Below are positions 48,888 through 62,400 of a stretch of DNA of 64,000 nucleotides, piece after piece; the stretch's first letter is position 1; each line of letters begins with the position of its first letter. Made by a program: the position numbers and the translations under genes. The stretch is from Vicugna vicugna (lineage: Eukaryota), in assembly GCA_013265495.1 (NCBI GenBank), contig MU058198.1, forward strand, positions 4,104,419 to 4,168,418, given 5' to 3'. Below the pieces are notes generated by a model. It was not told the origin of the DNA and did not search any database. It saw only the letters and a program-made list of their open reading frames with translations.

Positions 48888-51620
48888 GTCACTGTAACAT
48901 TTTAATCACACAGAGATTTGTTCTCATTCTAGGTCCAGAACTTGCGTATTTGAGGTGTCCTACTAACTTTCAGGGAATCAATGATTACTGAATGTAATTG
49001 CTGGAATGCTGTCTTTGTGGAGCATGTAGCAAATATGATGGACCACTTAGACCTATTAAATCTAATCAACCCATACTCCTTTTGATAGATATGGTGAATT
49101 ATAGAATTAAATATCTTAAACAGATCTCCACCAGCATTTAAATTCTGCAAGTGAAGTGTTTTAGCACAGGTGGTATATTTATATATATTTTTTCCAGTTG
49201 GCTTTCTGAAGGAGATGTGGGAAAAGTGTGGTTAGTCCTCTGTGATAACAGTGTTTTTTCTTCTGTGCTTCTGGTATTGACTGATACTATAATATTTCCT
49301 TGAGGAAATGCGGTACATCTTTTAAGTACTGCAAGACTATTTTTGGACAGGAAAACACTTGCTAATGTCATCAAAAAGCCTTCAAAATGAAGTTTGAGAA
49401 GGGAGGAGAAATTCCAGGTAAATAGTAAAGAAACATCCTATAGAGTAAAATTAGAGGGACAGAGAACAAGATTTAAAAAGGACTTGTCCGTAATTCACAG
49501 GCAGACACAAAGAACAGATGCTGAAGATTTGGTGTTTCTGTATGATAAGTGATTCTGAATGTCTTGACAAAAGCAGAGTACAGTCTTTGGGGTGTCACTG
49601 AGAATTGGGAGAGGATTCCTGACTAGATGTTTGTGTACTTAAATAGGTTAAGGAAGCACTCCTTATTTAAACCTTATAAAAATGTTATAGAGTAGGTGCA
49701 TACAGTAATTTAGCCTTCGTTTAATGAAGAAACTGAGGCTGAAGAAGATTGAAGTATTTAGAACTAGAAATCAGCTTTTGTTGAGTAACATTACAATGGT
49801 GTAACTTAATTGCCTTTGTTTACTAATTTTACTTTCATGCTGCGGCTTTCTTGATCCTTGGCTTCCAAGGATTATAGTGAGTGAGCTTGCTCACTCTCAT
49901 TACCTCCCTCACACAGAATGCTAGTGAGTCATGGTTACAGTTGGCCTGAATGTGCTTTGCGACTCTCTTAGCCACATGACAGAGCTACAGAACAAAATGG
50001 CAGTGGAATGCAGCAAGTTACCATCCTCTTCTTCCATCTTCTGATTTTACCAGTCATATACTTAACTTTACTAAGTTATCAGTTATACATAATGTCACTC
50101 ATTTTGTTTTTCACTGTCTTCCTGCATCTCCTCTCAGTTTCTTCCATCAGCAAAGCTAACTTAAGTTTTGTGTAATCTCATTACAGTGCACCCACAGTAC
50201 CCACCTCTAGTTTCTAAGGTATTTGTCTGTGTTTCTCATTTTATCTTCTACTGCATCCCCTCTGCTGTATGCATGCACTCAGCCTTTATAAATTATTTAC
50301 CGTTTCCCAAATGTCTAGTTCATGTCCCTTGAACCTCTCCTTTTCTGCCTGATATTCATCATGTCCCCTCTGGAATGCTTCCTCAGGGCAGAATTAGGTA
50401 CTTTTTCTTTGTGTGTTGATTTTAAGTATCTCATGATTTTTGGTTGTCTGTTGTAGTGAATGAAGGTTTAGGTTCTAAACTCTAGGGTAATTAACGTATG
50501 TAACTTGAGTTAAGTTTCTCCCAACTTTGCATAGATTTCATTACCGAGTAGCCCCCTACCTTGAAGAGGTGAGGGTGGGGGTGCTCATGTGGAGCTCTGT
50601 GTGTATGAAGGGTTTTGTTTGGCAAGTTTCATTTCAGAATGTTTCTTTGTTTTTAGGCTGGATTTAAATGCATTGGCTACTTGTGGCCAGGTCGGCATAG
50701 GGATGGGAGGACTTGAGTAGGTGTGGCCTTTCTATTCCTTACACAGTCTTTGCTCCGTGCTCATCTCTGTTCAGTTGGCCATGATCGTGGAGCCTCTCTG
50801 GAGCTCCACCAGAGGATGGCACATACAGACATTTAAGATTTCTCTTATGTTTATATCTTCCTTTGCTCTTGTTTATTCATCAGCTCTGAATGGATTTGGT
50901 ATTTTTTCCTCTGTCATTTCAGTGAGGTAGAGTAGAAAGGAGGAGGCAAACACATTTGTACAATCATTTTGAAATCCTGAGCCAGGGGTTCTTTGGGCAA
51001 CTTGGAGCATTTCTGATTTTAAGAATTGAAACAAACTTATATAATGAGTGCATTATGGGTTGTTTCCTAAGCATTGATAGAATAGTTTGGAATGTTTACA
51101 GAATATGAAATTATTGTGATGCTAAAATACAAGTCATCTATTTATGAGTAAGTTGTGTTCTAAAAATAGTTACAAAGCTTTTTAGAGGAAGGAAGGCTGA
51201 AGATACCCCCAGGTACCTGGGCAGGAGAGGACTGTGGGAGACGATCCAGGCATTGCCATTAGCCACTAATTGATAATTGGGGCCAGAAGCAAGGTGACTG
51301 CTCATGAGATGATGTTTACATTCTAGAATTGGAGGGAGTTGCTTATGTCCCAGTGTAAAATTTGCTAACTTTAGGTTGCCTTCCTTGATATAACATTAAA
51401 ATAAAAAGCTCCACTGATTGTGACTTACTAAAGAAAAATACTATATAGTGGCTATATAGTTAGATTGAGGTTGAAAGTTATGTTTTATTTCAATGAAAAA
51501 ATGATAAAAATAATTTGCCATGTCTTTACTTTCTAATAAGAGTAAAAATGAATCTGTATGCAACATTATTTTTATTTCTTAATACATTTTGGGAAAGTTA
51601 ATTGCAACTGTGTGGTTCAG

Positions 51621-51708
51621 GGATTTAGTGCAAGAAGAAGAACAGTTGATGGAAGAAAAGAAAAAGAAAAAAGACGACAAGAAAAAGAAGGAAGCTGCTC
51701 AAAAGAAG
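51621..51708 (+). CDS. TNRC6A: TNRC6A coding exon 3 (88 nt; [29 protein letters not shown])
   Basis: CAG acceptor, AAG|GTAGTA donor; peptide recognised as the TNRC6A N-terminal Lys/Glu-rich segment; phase matches exons 2 and 4. Confidence 0.95.
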
Positions 51709-54700
51709 GTAGTATATGTATAAACTAATTATTTACATTAAGCAGTTTAAACATAGATTAAAAAAGAAAATTACTCTTACTGGATTATTTAAAACATTTG
51801 ACTTAATGTTTTAACTTTAGTGGAGATTTATTTTAATATTTAATGTCTTTGAATATGCATATATTGTAACTTGGTAAGTGTGTACAATTTAATGCATATT
51901 TAATTTTGCCAATCCTTTTTTTCAAAGGTAAGTGCTTTGTATAGGTCTTTATTTTTCAATTAGATATTCTTAGGTTTTCTTAATACTTACATCATTTTAC
52001 ATTATTTATAAGTGAGAAGAGCGTGGAATTTGTGGCTGCATAGAGAGGATTTGAAATCTGGCTCTCCACCATAGCATACAGAACGGTGTGGCCTTTAACT
52101 TTATTTAGCCTCTCTGGGCCTTAGTTTTCTTATGTTTTGTAAAGTGAAAGTTGAATTAAACAAGGTAATATGTACACATAATAATACGCATAATAGAAAA
52201 TGAAATCGTAAGAATAGCAAACACAATAGGAAATAAAATGTCAACTTCCTTTTCTCTTTAGCTCACTTTTTATATTTGCAGATTACATTAGAATATTTAA
52301 AAATAAGCCTAAGACATAATTGCTGCAAAAGATCTCTAGCCAATACACTATCAAAAATGTAATCAAAGCAACACAAATGGCAGAAAAGTGGAAGTCTATA
52401 ATTATAAAGATTTTTGCAAATTAATACTAAAGGCTGATGACAGTTAACTAAGCTGGACATGCATCTCCTGTATCAAGGTTTCAAGGATCTTAAAAATGTT
52501 CTAAAAGACCCAGTGGAACTACTGTTCCATGTCTGTATTCTAATGAAAAATGATGACGTAGTTTTTAATATATACCTTTTTTGTGCTAGGAACTGGATAC
52601 AGACTGTAGCAACATACTTGCCTCCACATTATTTAGTAGGAAAAAGAACAGGATACAAAACTGTGGCAGGGAGAGAACTGTTCAGCCAGAGAGAAGTGCT
52701 TAACTTGGCCTGAAATGGGGCAGAGGGACAGCGAAATTTTCTTGGAATAGAAATGAGCCAAGTGAATAAGAAGCAGAATAGAAAATAATTCTAGCAGCAT
52801 AAACTTGGAGCTAAGCATCTCTAGACTGTATGTGTTAAAGTACGGATTTTGACTGGAGGTGAATAGGTGGTGGGAAGAAGCCAAATACAGAAATGTCAGG
52901 GGCTGAGACTGGTGAGGTTGGTCCTAGCTCTTGGTGCTTTTCCCATTTTAGCCATTGGGTGTTGGGGAAAACACTGAAGACATTTTAGTAGAGTGACATA
53001 AAAATTTATAGTTTGGAATGTTTACCTTGGCAAATTGTGGAATTGGATTGGAAGGGGTAGAAACCAGAGACTGAGATACTGGTGAAGGGACTATTAAAAG
53101 AATCCACAGAATTTGTTGAAAGGGTGTGAAGGAAGGGTAACCTACGTTGACTCTTAGGTTGCAGGCTGAGTGGCTAAGTACATTTTGGGAGCAGTTAACA
53201 AGGGATACATGGCAAGGTGAAAAGAAATACAATTCAGTTCTGTACTTGCAGGGTTTGGGGTGTGATCAAGCAAGCAAACTGGGGAGGGGCAGAGTACAGA
53301 GCACTGTGGAGGACTGGAGGATTAAGAGTGATGAGATGCGTTGATACACTAGGTGGCCCTTGTTATTGGCCTTGTAGTTACTCAGGAGTGACTGGGAAGA
53401 GATGCACTGGTAATTGCCATAGGACTTGGAGTAGGTTTCTAGTATACAGTTTTGGCATTGGTATTGCCTTAGGCTCCTGTCAGAGGCCTCTTGGTATGGG
53501 ATGGTCTTTGCAGTTTGATCAGTCTTTGCTCAGGCTTTGTTATGAAAAAGTTTCATTCTCTGTAAGTCTAAGGTTGGGGTAAGACATCAGATTCTTGTTT
53601 TGTGGTGTGAAGTCCAGTACTTAATGAAAAGATCCGCTAAGAAGCTTGAGATTTATTGAGGAAGATGCTTGGGTATACTTTATGTAGAATCGTTAGTTTG
53701 GCAAGCATCTGGGTGATGTATTAGGCCATGCTGATCCCTACTTCTAAGGAGTTCAGGATTTAGCTGGTAAGTCAGGATGCATATGAAATGGTTAAAGAGA
53801 CCTTAGAGAAGAGGCCATAAGTTGTCATATAATGAAGCATATTTATTTGAATTTGCTCTGTTTACTGAGGAAATTCTACAAAAGAAAGGAGTCACTCAAA
53901 TGATTTCTATAAATATTGTGTTTTTTTTTAATTGAGTATAATTGACATACAACATTATGGTAGTTTCATGTGTAGAATATGATTCAGTATTTGTATGTAT
54001 TGTGAAATGATCACTGTAGTAAGTCTAGTTAACAATTATATCCGTACATAGTTGGGAAATTTTTTTCTTATGATGAGAACTTTTAAGGTTTTAAATACTT
54101 TGTTTTTAAAATGTGTAATGTGAGTACAGTTTTGTTGAAACATATATAATGACTCTAATTGTCAAAGTTTATCTTTATATTCTTCCATAACCAAATCTAA
54201 GTCACCAAGTCATTGTCTTTAACACACGAATGATGATTTTTGTGCTATTTGGCTTCTCACCAAATCAGAAGTGACAGTTCTTCATACTCTTTACCACTCC
54301 ATCCCTGCCTCACCGTATGGTTCCAGTCTCTCACCCCAACTATGTCCTGCTAGAACCATCATCAGAGGCTTAGAGATTTGGGGAGGTTTTTTTTCTTTTG
54401 CTAGATCTTCATCATTGATAGAAATTCTTATGTATCCTATAGACAACAATATCTAGCCACTGAACATAATATAAAGGAATATTTAATACCGCTAAAAAAT
54501 GTTAAGTTTAGTAGACTAAACTGCCACTGTAAATAAGACTGTTCTCCAAGTTCTAAATAACCAGCTTACAGCTGAATTTGGATGCAGCCCATTGGTGAAG
54601 TGAGGACAGCTGGTATTTCTGTAGGCTGTTACCAGATAGCTCTTAAAAAACAAAACAAAAGGAAAAATCTCCCAGGTTGGCACACTTATAGCCCATGTGA

Positions 54701-57274
54701 AAGATTGTGAGTCACAGGAGTTCTAAGACAAGTTTCCTCGAGCTTGTCCTTTGTCAGTAGTAGGAGCCAACAGGTGTATCCAGGTAGGAGGCACATCTAC
54801 GTGAGCTAGGGCAGCAGCCCCACTTATGTAAATGTTGAAACGTGACTTCACTGTAGTCAAAACAATCTGCCCATTTTATGTAATCCATGAATACTTTAAA
54901 AAAAACTGTATATTTTTTGTTTCTGAGAAAGACTTCAGATACTGCCTGTTTTAATCCATTCATTTTATATACAAGGAACCCAAGCATTAAAATGAGTTAA
55001 GTATTACTATCAGGATGACAGAACTAGGAATAGAACTGAAATCTTCTAATTCCCCTAGCTGGTGTTTTTCCAAAACTTGGCACTGTCGCTTTATTCTTTT
55101 GTTACAGAACATTATCTTATACTTCTGCTTTATTTTCACAAACTAAAGATGAACTTTAAAGCTAGAAATAATATATTATGGTCATTTTTATAAGGCATTT
55201 AAAATTTCTTTATGCCATGAATGCAGAAAACGTAGATTTAACAGTTCCTAATAACCACAGTCATCTTCTAAAGAAATTTAAATTCAGACCAGAAGTTAAT
55301 TTCTATTTTGAATAAAAAAAAACAGGTAACAACCCCTTATAGAAACAATTAGACACCAAACAAAGCTCACTGCACTATTTATACTATGATAGTTTTTCTC
55401 ATTTTATCTATTAGTTAAATATAAATTTAAATATTTAAATTCCTCTAAAATTTTTTACACAAAATTACACAGTTTTAAAATTATATCTCAGTCCTAGTAC
55501 ATCTCTAGTTAATAATGGAAATCAGTGACTGGATGGCTTTGTTTGTAATTTTTTTTAAGCCTTCTATTTCACATCTAAGAATTACAGCTATTTGCTTCTC
55601 TCCTGATTCTAAGGCATAGAAAGTAATTTGATAATAACACAGGAATGTAGTTTCTGTACTTTAGAAAGGGCAATAAATAATAGCAGTAGGCTGTTACCAT
55701 GGATTTGTCTCTAGGTTCTGGTCTTAGAAGAAATTTCTAGAAGGAATCTTGAGGGAAATGCAGTGAGGAGGAAAAAAGGATGAGAAATAGGTTAATTACA
55801 GGGGGATAATTTAGCATAAACTTTAAGCATGTGGTTGTAGTTCCTAGAAAGCATGTAATGGCTGAGGGTTGGAGGGAAGCGACAACACAGATTGTTGGGA
55901 TCTTCCGGTGTTGAGAATGTTTAGTCAGTGTTCATGGGTATTTTTGTTACTGTATTAAGCTCTTGAAGGGATTTTTATAAAAGGCTTTGTGGATTTAAAT
56001 GTACTCAGTTCAAGTTTACATGAGATTTAGGCTGTAGAAAACCTCCAACTTCATTCCTCTCTTTTGGAAATTTTAGTATGTACTAATCATGTCTCCCAAA
56101 GACCGTTTTGATCTGAGACCTTGAGTCATATTCAGCAGTGTAAGTAGTGAATTTTCTCAGTAACCTAGGTGGAAGTATAACCAGCCTAGACCGTTGCACT
56201 CATCTAGGGAAGTTAGGTGTTGTCTTTACAGTTCTGGCCCCTGTTTCAGCTTACTATTCTCTTTTCCTTTTTTTTTTTTTTAACTTATTAAGCAGACCTG
56301 AGTTCTAGACTGTGTGCTGCTTGCTAAGAAATGATAGAAGTGGTCTCTGACCACTAATTATCTCATTTAAAATAGGTGAATTTAACTAGTAATTCTTTAT
56401 TCCTAATGTTAGTTTCTAATACCTGGCACTGTTAAGACATTTAGATGATTAGAAAAAGAGAAAAAAGCAAGACATGGTAACTGGGAATGAGTTTGAATCA
56501 GGTCATTTCCAAGTGCAAGAGAAAGGAGTCAAAGCGTGGGCAAGTGGGGCTGACTGCGCCAGGTAGTATCTGTTGAACGCTTCCTGTATGCTAGGCGCTG
56601 TGCTGTCCTAAGCATGCGCTCTTGTTTCCTCCCCCACCCCCCCCAAGCTCTTTGAGTTAAATCCTTTTAACCTCACAGCAACTCTTACGTAGGTGTTTTT
56701 GTTCCTGTCTTATAGATGAGGAAACCAAGCTTTAGAGAAGTTAACTAATTTTGACCAAGGTCACACTGTAAATGGTGGAGCCAGGATTCAAAGCCAGGCA
56801 GTCTGGCTTCAGACTGTGAGCTCTTAACCACTGAGGGTTACTTAGGGATCAGGGAATTGGGACGAGTGGTACAAAGCCTGACAGAAACAAAGCGCCTGGC
56901 ATGCTGGGTATCCGCCTCTTGTCTGATGCCTTCACTAAGAGATTGAAGCGATTTCATAATTGCTTGTGGCATCACAGCTCAGGATTTTTGTTTGTTTACT
57001 TTTAGAAAAAGAAATGTTCAAAATGGAAATAATTTTACTTCTCAATTTGCCAGAGTCCTTTATTTCTGTTGTACAAGAGGATCTACAATGACACCTCACA
57101 TTTAAATAGTATTACTTTTCTAGAAAGGAAATTTTATATTTATTTTATTTATATTATATTTTATTTGAGGCTCATAATAGCCCTGGAAAGGTAAGCAGTA
57201 CAATTGTTTTTTTTTTCTCCTCTCTTCCATTTGAGGAATTAGGAAACAGACCTAGAGGGTTTAAATGACAAGGT

Positions 57275-57520
57275 CATTTAAAAGTGTTTTTTAAAAAAGC
57301 TGAAGTTAATTTTAATACATTTTATGTAGCAGTATATCCAACATATTTGTATTTTAACATGTAATGAGTATAAAATATTATCAGTGAGGTAATTTACCTT
57401 CTTTTTAAAATACTAAATAATAGAAATCTGGTTGTGTGTTTTACACACATCAGTTCAGACTAGCTATACTTCAGCGCTCAGTAGCTGCGTGAAGATAGTG
57501 GCTATCATTTAGAAGTGCAG
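57275..57520. mobile_element. hAT-Charlie MITE, MER33-like
   Basis: TGAAGTTAATTTTAATA...AACATGTAATGAGTATAAAA...TTCAGACTAGCTATACTTCAGCGCTCAGTAGC...TAGTGGCTA. Confidence 0.65.
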
Positions 57521-59402
57521 ACAGATACTCTTAAAATCACTGACCCCACTTGGAAAATTCTCTTTTGAATAGTTTGAATAATATATGAGGTCCCTGGACC
57601 AACCCACAAAAGCCTATTTAAAAAAAATAGAACTCTGTCAGTTCCATTTCCTCTCATCGGGAGCTCTTGAGTTCTATCACTTACATTCTTTCACTGTATT
57701 AGCCAGTGTTCTGATGGGCAGACTCTTTGAGTGTCTCCTTGCTGCTGCCCTCTATAGATGGCACAGTACTGAATGAGGCTGACCATTGTTCTGAAGCAAC
57801 ATGGAGTTAGTTTGTTTTCCAGAGGAGTTGCATGGTAGATGTTCTTTATGTTGTGAGGCCTAGAAGAGCAGCACTGTGTATCTTGTGATTTAGTGATGTG
57901 GTCATGGTTTCTATGTACTGTATTCTAGTTTCCTTTGGAAGTAAACTGTGAAAGACACCAGGAGAGGTAAAAAAAAGAAAAACAAAAACCCAAAACAACA
58001 CACAAAATCTGTTTTCAACATGCAGAATAATTTTTGTGTTGATTTAGCTTCAGAGAATTTTGTATCTTATTGTTTGACATGATGCTTATAATACATGAAG
58101 GTATTCTCATACTGAGTTCTCTCTAATAAGACTATTTTTCTACTACCCGATTTTAAAGATGATTTCTCCTGGAAATAAATTAAGTGTTCAAGCTAGTTGA
58201 CTGGTCTTTTGCCATTGTCCTTCCATCAATTTTTTTTTTTAATTTTTGATCCATATAAAGTAAAAGATGGGCCTCCATTATTTTACATATCGTTAGTACT
58301 CTAAACCTTGGTAAAGCACTTCAGTGCCTACATTGATTCTCTGGCTCTCCAAGGGAAGATTGATGTTTGGTGTGGCTTGAGCGTTAGGGTAATTGCCATA
58401 TAGTTCTTTATCATATAGTTCTATGATATAACTTTTAAATGGTGTTTTTGATAACTTAATATGCCTAAGCAAAATGAATTATCACACCCTGTGACAGTTA
58501 AGAAAAGCTTTACATTTAGAAATAATTACTTGTTACGGGTTACTAATTATTCAGTCTCTCCTCACCTCCCTGCCTGTCCTTGTATCTAACTTTTTAGGAC
58601 TCCCACACAATTAGGCATAATCAGAAAGTTGATTTTTCCATTGTGGCCTCCATCTGTAGTCAGTTCTTTTTGAGGCCCTTGAAGTTTGAGCTAGTCACCT
58701 TGAGGCAGCTCTGCTCTCTCAGGCCCCACTCCCTGTGTGTCAGAGACAGTGGATGTAGGGGTAGGCAGGGGAAAGCAGGGCCCGTGTCACTTTAGCTTCG
58801 GAACACACTAATTTTAATTGGATTCTCAGATGTGTCAGAAGTGGCAAACATGTTTGAAAATTTTTACCACTTAAAAGTTAACTATATTTAACCATAGCAA
58901 CCCAACTTCCAGGAGTTAAATTATTACTAATTTGACCAAAGCAATTAAGCAGCTTTTCTTCCAGAAAACTTAACTCACCTTTTATCATTTGAAACAAGAG
59001 TTTTTAAAGGCATTTAAACATATTCAAAACTTATTAGATCCATTAAAGGTAAAGGTGACAGTTATAAAGAAATCACTTTAAAACTAAATGATGAGAAAAG
59101 TACAGTTCCATTTTTATTTATTATTATATACTGTCATGCAGTGGTGTCTTCTCTGCTTTGTGTCTAAAACATTTTTTAAAATTTTATTAATAAACATTGT
59201 ATCAGGACAATGGGGCACATCTATGGGAAAAGCATGCTCTTTGCATATCTTTTCCTATGTAGTTCATCTAAATGACAAATTCCTTATTTAATAAGAATGT
59301 GTATGTCTTGTATAATAGTAATATATGAGCATTTTATCATAACAGTCCATTTCTTTCAGTTTCATATTTACATTGTTTTTTGTTTGTTTGTTTTTATTTT
59401 AG

Positions 59403-59424
59403 GCCACTGAACAAAAAATCAAAG
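59403..59424 (+). CDS. TNRC6A: TNRC6A coding exon 4 (22-nt microexon; ATEQKIK); CDS continues beyond the window
   Basis: Long T-rich tract + TAG acceptor, AAG|GTACGT donor; continues ...AAQKK-ATEQKIK. Confidence 0.93.
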
Positions 59425-62400
59425 GTACGTTGTTTAAAGCTATTTTTTATTCGTTTTTTCATTAAAGCAAGGTTGTTGATATGCATTTTTATTCACCTCC
59501 AGGATGGGAGAGAAGAGCATGAAAGGAACAGAGGGGTGGGGGCAGACTTCTTCAGTGACATCACCTTGGAGTCATCTTTTGGGGTTTATGGTTTATTATA
59601 GTGTACATTATCCTGTCCCAAGACCTCCCTTAACAGCTGTCTCGTAGGATAAACACCACTTCCTACCATACTCCCTTGATTTGAATTTTTGAGCACATGT
59701 ACCTTTTCCTTCAGTTTTCCACCCAAAAGTCTTCTTGTCTAGAGCTGCCTCCAGGGCTTTGTTCTTTGTTCTCTGTGCACTGCTGCCCCTACTCCTCCTT
59801 GTAGGCAGACGGCGACATCCATTCCGTAGTATCGCTGAGGATGGTGGCCTGCTAACCTTGTGGTCAGGTTGAACAGCCTCCAGTGCATGCCATGCAAAAG
59901 ACTTCAGGGTGGTAAGGAGACCGGAACCTAATTCCGCTCAGATCCTGCGTCAGGAGTTCTTCACCCTCCCAGGAGTTGACTGCCTGGCAATGAAAGGTAT
60001 AGGGCTCTCAGATGCTGAACTTGTTAGGCCTGGGGATTCTGAAGTTTTACTTAAGCTATACCAAAAGTATAATCTCTGCATTTGGTTGATACCTGTAGGC
60101 AGAACTGCCTGCTTTTACTAGAGGTCAGCATTGGTTAAGGTAACATTTATTAGGTGCAGTTGTGTAAGAGTGAAAAAGAACAGTCATAGTTCATATTTTA
60201 CTGGAGAAAGAGTGTCAGTGGAGGGATGTACCCAAACACAGTGTAGTATAGTGCGATTTGGTTTAAGTAAAGGTGCCTGAGTTGTCTTAAGAGTGCAGAG
60301 GAACAATAATTAGCCCTACACAGCGGATTAGGGAAGACCTCCTTAAGATTATGAGTCTTAAAAGATGAAACAGCCAGTCAAAGAAAGAATGAAATGGCAG
60401 CAGGATCAGCTGATTGAAGGCACAGGGACAAGAAATAATGTGGTGTTATATGCAATGGTGGTATTCCTAGAGCATTAAGTACCCAGTGATAAATGGGCAG
60501 CATTGAAGGGTTTTTCTGAAGGAGATAGGTAGGGGCCAGGGCCTTATATGCTATGTGTACCAAGGAACTCAGACCTTTATAGGCAACAAGGAGTCACTGA
60601 AGAGCTTGAGTAGAGGGTAGAATCATTTGGTTTTTCATTCTTTTTTTTAAAAAAAATCTGTCAGTCACTTACATGGATAGTGTTGGTTGAAAGATGGAGC
60701 TAACAGAACAAAAATACTGAGCAAAGGAGGCAAGTGGACAAGGAGAGGGAATATTCAGAGAATGAGTATGGGGGTATTGCAGGGAAGTGGCAGAAGATAA
60801 TAGGCCTGGAGGTAGGGGGAACCAGAGGGCTTCATGCTAGTTAGATTGGAGGGCCGGCAAAGGTTTTTGCATTTAGAGGTCATGGTCATAAGCTGCGCTT
60901 TAGGAACCAAATAGAAGCAGTACCAGAGAGGGAAGAGAAGGAACAGAGAGGGTAATGAGGACTTGAACTGAGGTCTTGGCAGTAGAGGTAAGAGATGGAA
61001 GACAGATGGTGTGAGGATTGGCAACTGATGAGATCAGAAGAGGAATTGAAGGTGATATTCTGGCTGAATCTGGGTGTCTATGAAAGTTATAGGGGCATGG
61101 AATGATGCAGGAAGTAACACTGTCAAATTGATTTAGTAGGCACATGACCAAATTAATTTTCTTAAAACTCCACTTTACTCACATCACTCTCCTGGATAGG
61201 AATGTTAAGTTGTTCCTGTGACTTTGCTTCAAAACCAAACTCCTCTGGTTGGCTTTTAAGGCCCTCTTTAGTATGACCTCCCATAATCTAAGCAGCTTGT
61301 TTCCCATCCATCATTCCTTTATACTTTTCAGATCATTCTTATCTTTTTCGTGTTTATTTCTGTTTCTTTTTGATCCCAACTTCTTGGCTAAGGATGCCTT
61401 TCAGAGTTCGTCTGCTAAGGGATCCCTCCAACTGCCGTTGATCCCCGTCTTTCTGATTTCTTAGGATGTTGTGATGCATGTTGGACTGGGGCACTCAGTT
61501 CTGGTCTGTCTGAGATTTTTGACTGGTCCATGGATATTTGTTTCTTCAGCATAATCTTTGAGTACCTACTGTTTATATCCTTTCCAAATCATTCTTTTAC
61601 ATCCATACATTAAAATATGAGCATATTTGAATCGTCCTGTTTTCAGATTTTCCACAGTTCTGAGAATGTTAGGCTGAGTATATGAAAAGTCACTTCAAAA
61701 TGCCTTGTGTTGTTTTATCAACTATTTTACTTGGTCCTTTTTTTTTTTTTTTAAGATGGCAGCTCCCTTCATACTTGGTCATGCTTATTCTGATTCATGA
61801 AAATGTATTTATTTTCATGGTGTGTATAGTACCTGTGTGATGTTTAGGGTTTTGGCCTCAGTGATTAGATTACAAATTGGAGGCTTATGGGATGGGTTCA
61901 GTCTACACAGTTGTTTTTTACTAAACTTTATTTTGTAATAATTTATGATTACAACAAGTTGAAAAGATAGTATAGAGAGTTCCCATACAGACCTCACCCT
62001 GTTCCCTATTATTAACATCTTACGTTTCTGTGGTACATTTGTCAAAACTAAGAAACTAACATGCATTGGTATTACTGAACTCCAGTTCTTCCATTAACTT
62101 TTTTCTGTTCTCGGATCCAGTGCAAGATAATTTGTTTTGTTGTCATGTCTCCCCAATCTCCTATGGTCTCCACACGGTGTTTTTATTCTTGTTCTTTAAA
62201 AATAATTGATGCTAACACCTAAAAATCAGGGGAATTCACTTGATTCAGAATTATAGTTTATACTGTCAACATCATTTTTGTCTTTCTGTATTATAGCCAG
62301 TATAAAGCCTAGGTATAGTCCCATGTGACTGTTAAGGACTTGAAATGTGGCTAATGTGACTGAGGAATACATTTGTAATTTTATTGGACCACATAGCTCT

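Noticed and set aside
50657..50690. Possible 34-nt cryptic exon (TTTTTAG...CAG|GTCGGC)
   Set aside because: Weak donor, no clear branch point, no informative reading frame; chance-level
55419..55440. AT-only palindrome AATTTAAATATTTAAATT (similar at ~26882-26925)
   Set aside because: Expected in very AT-rich low-complexity sequence
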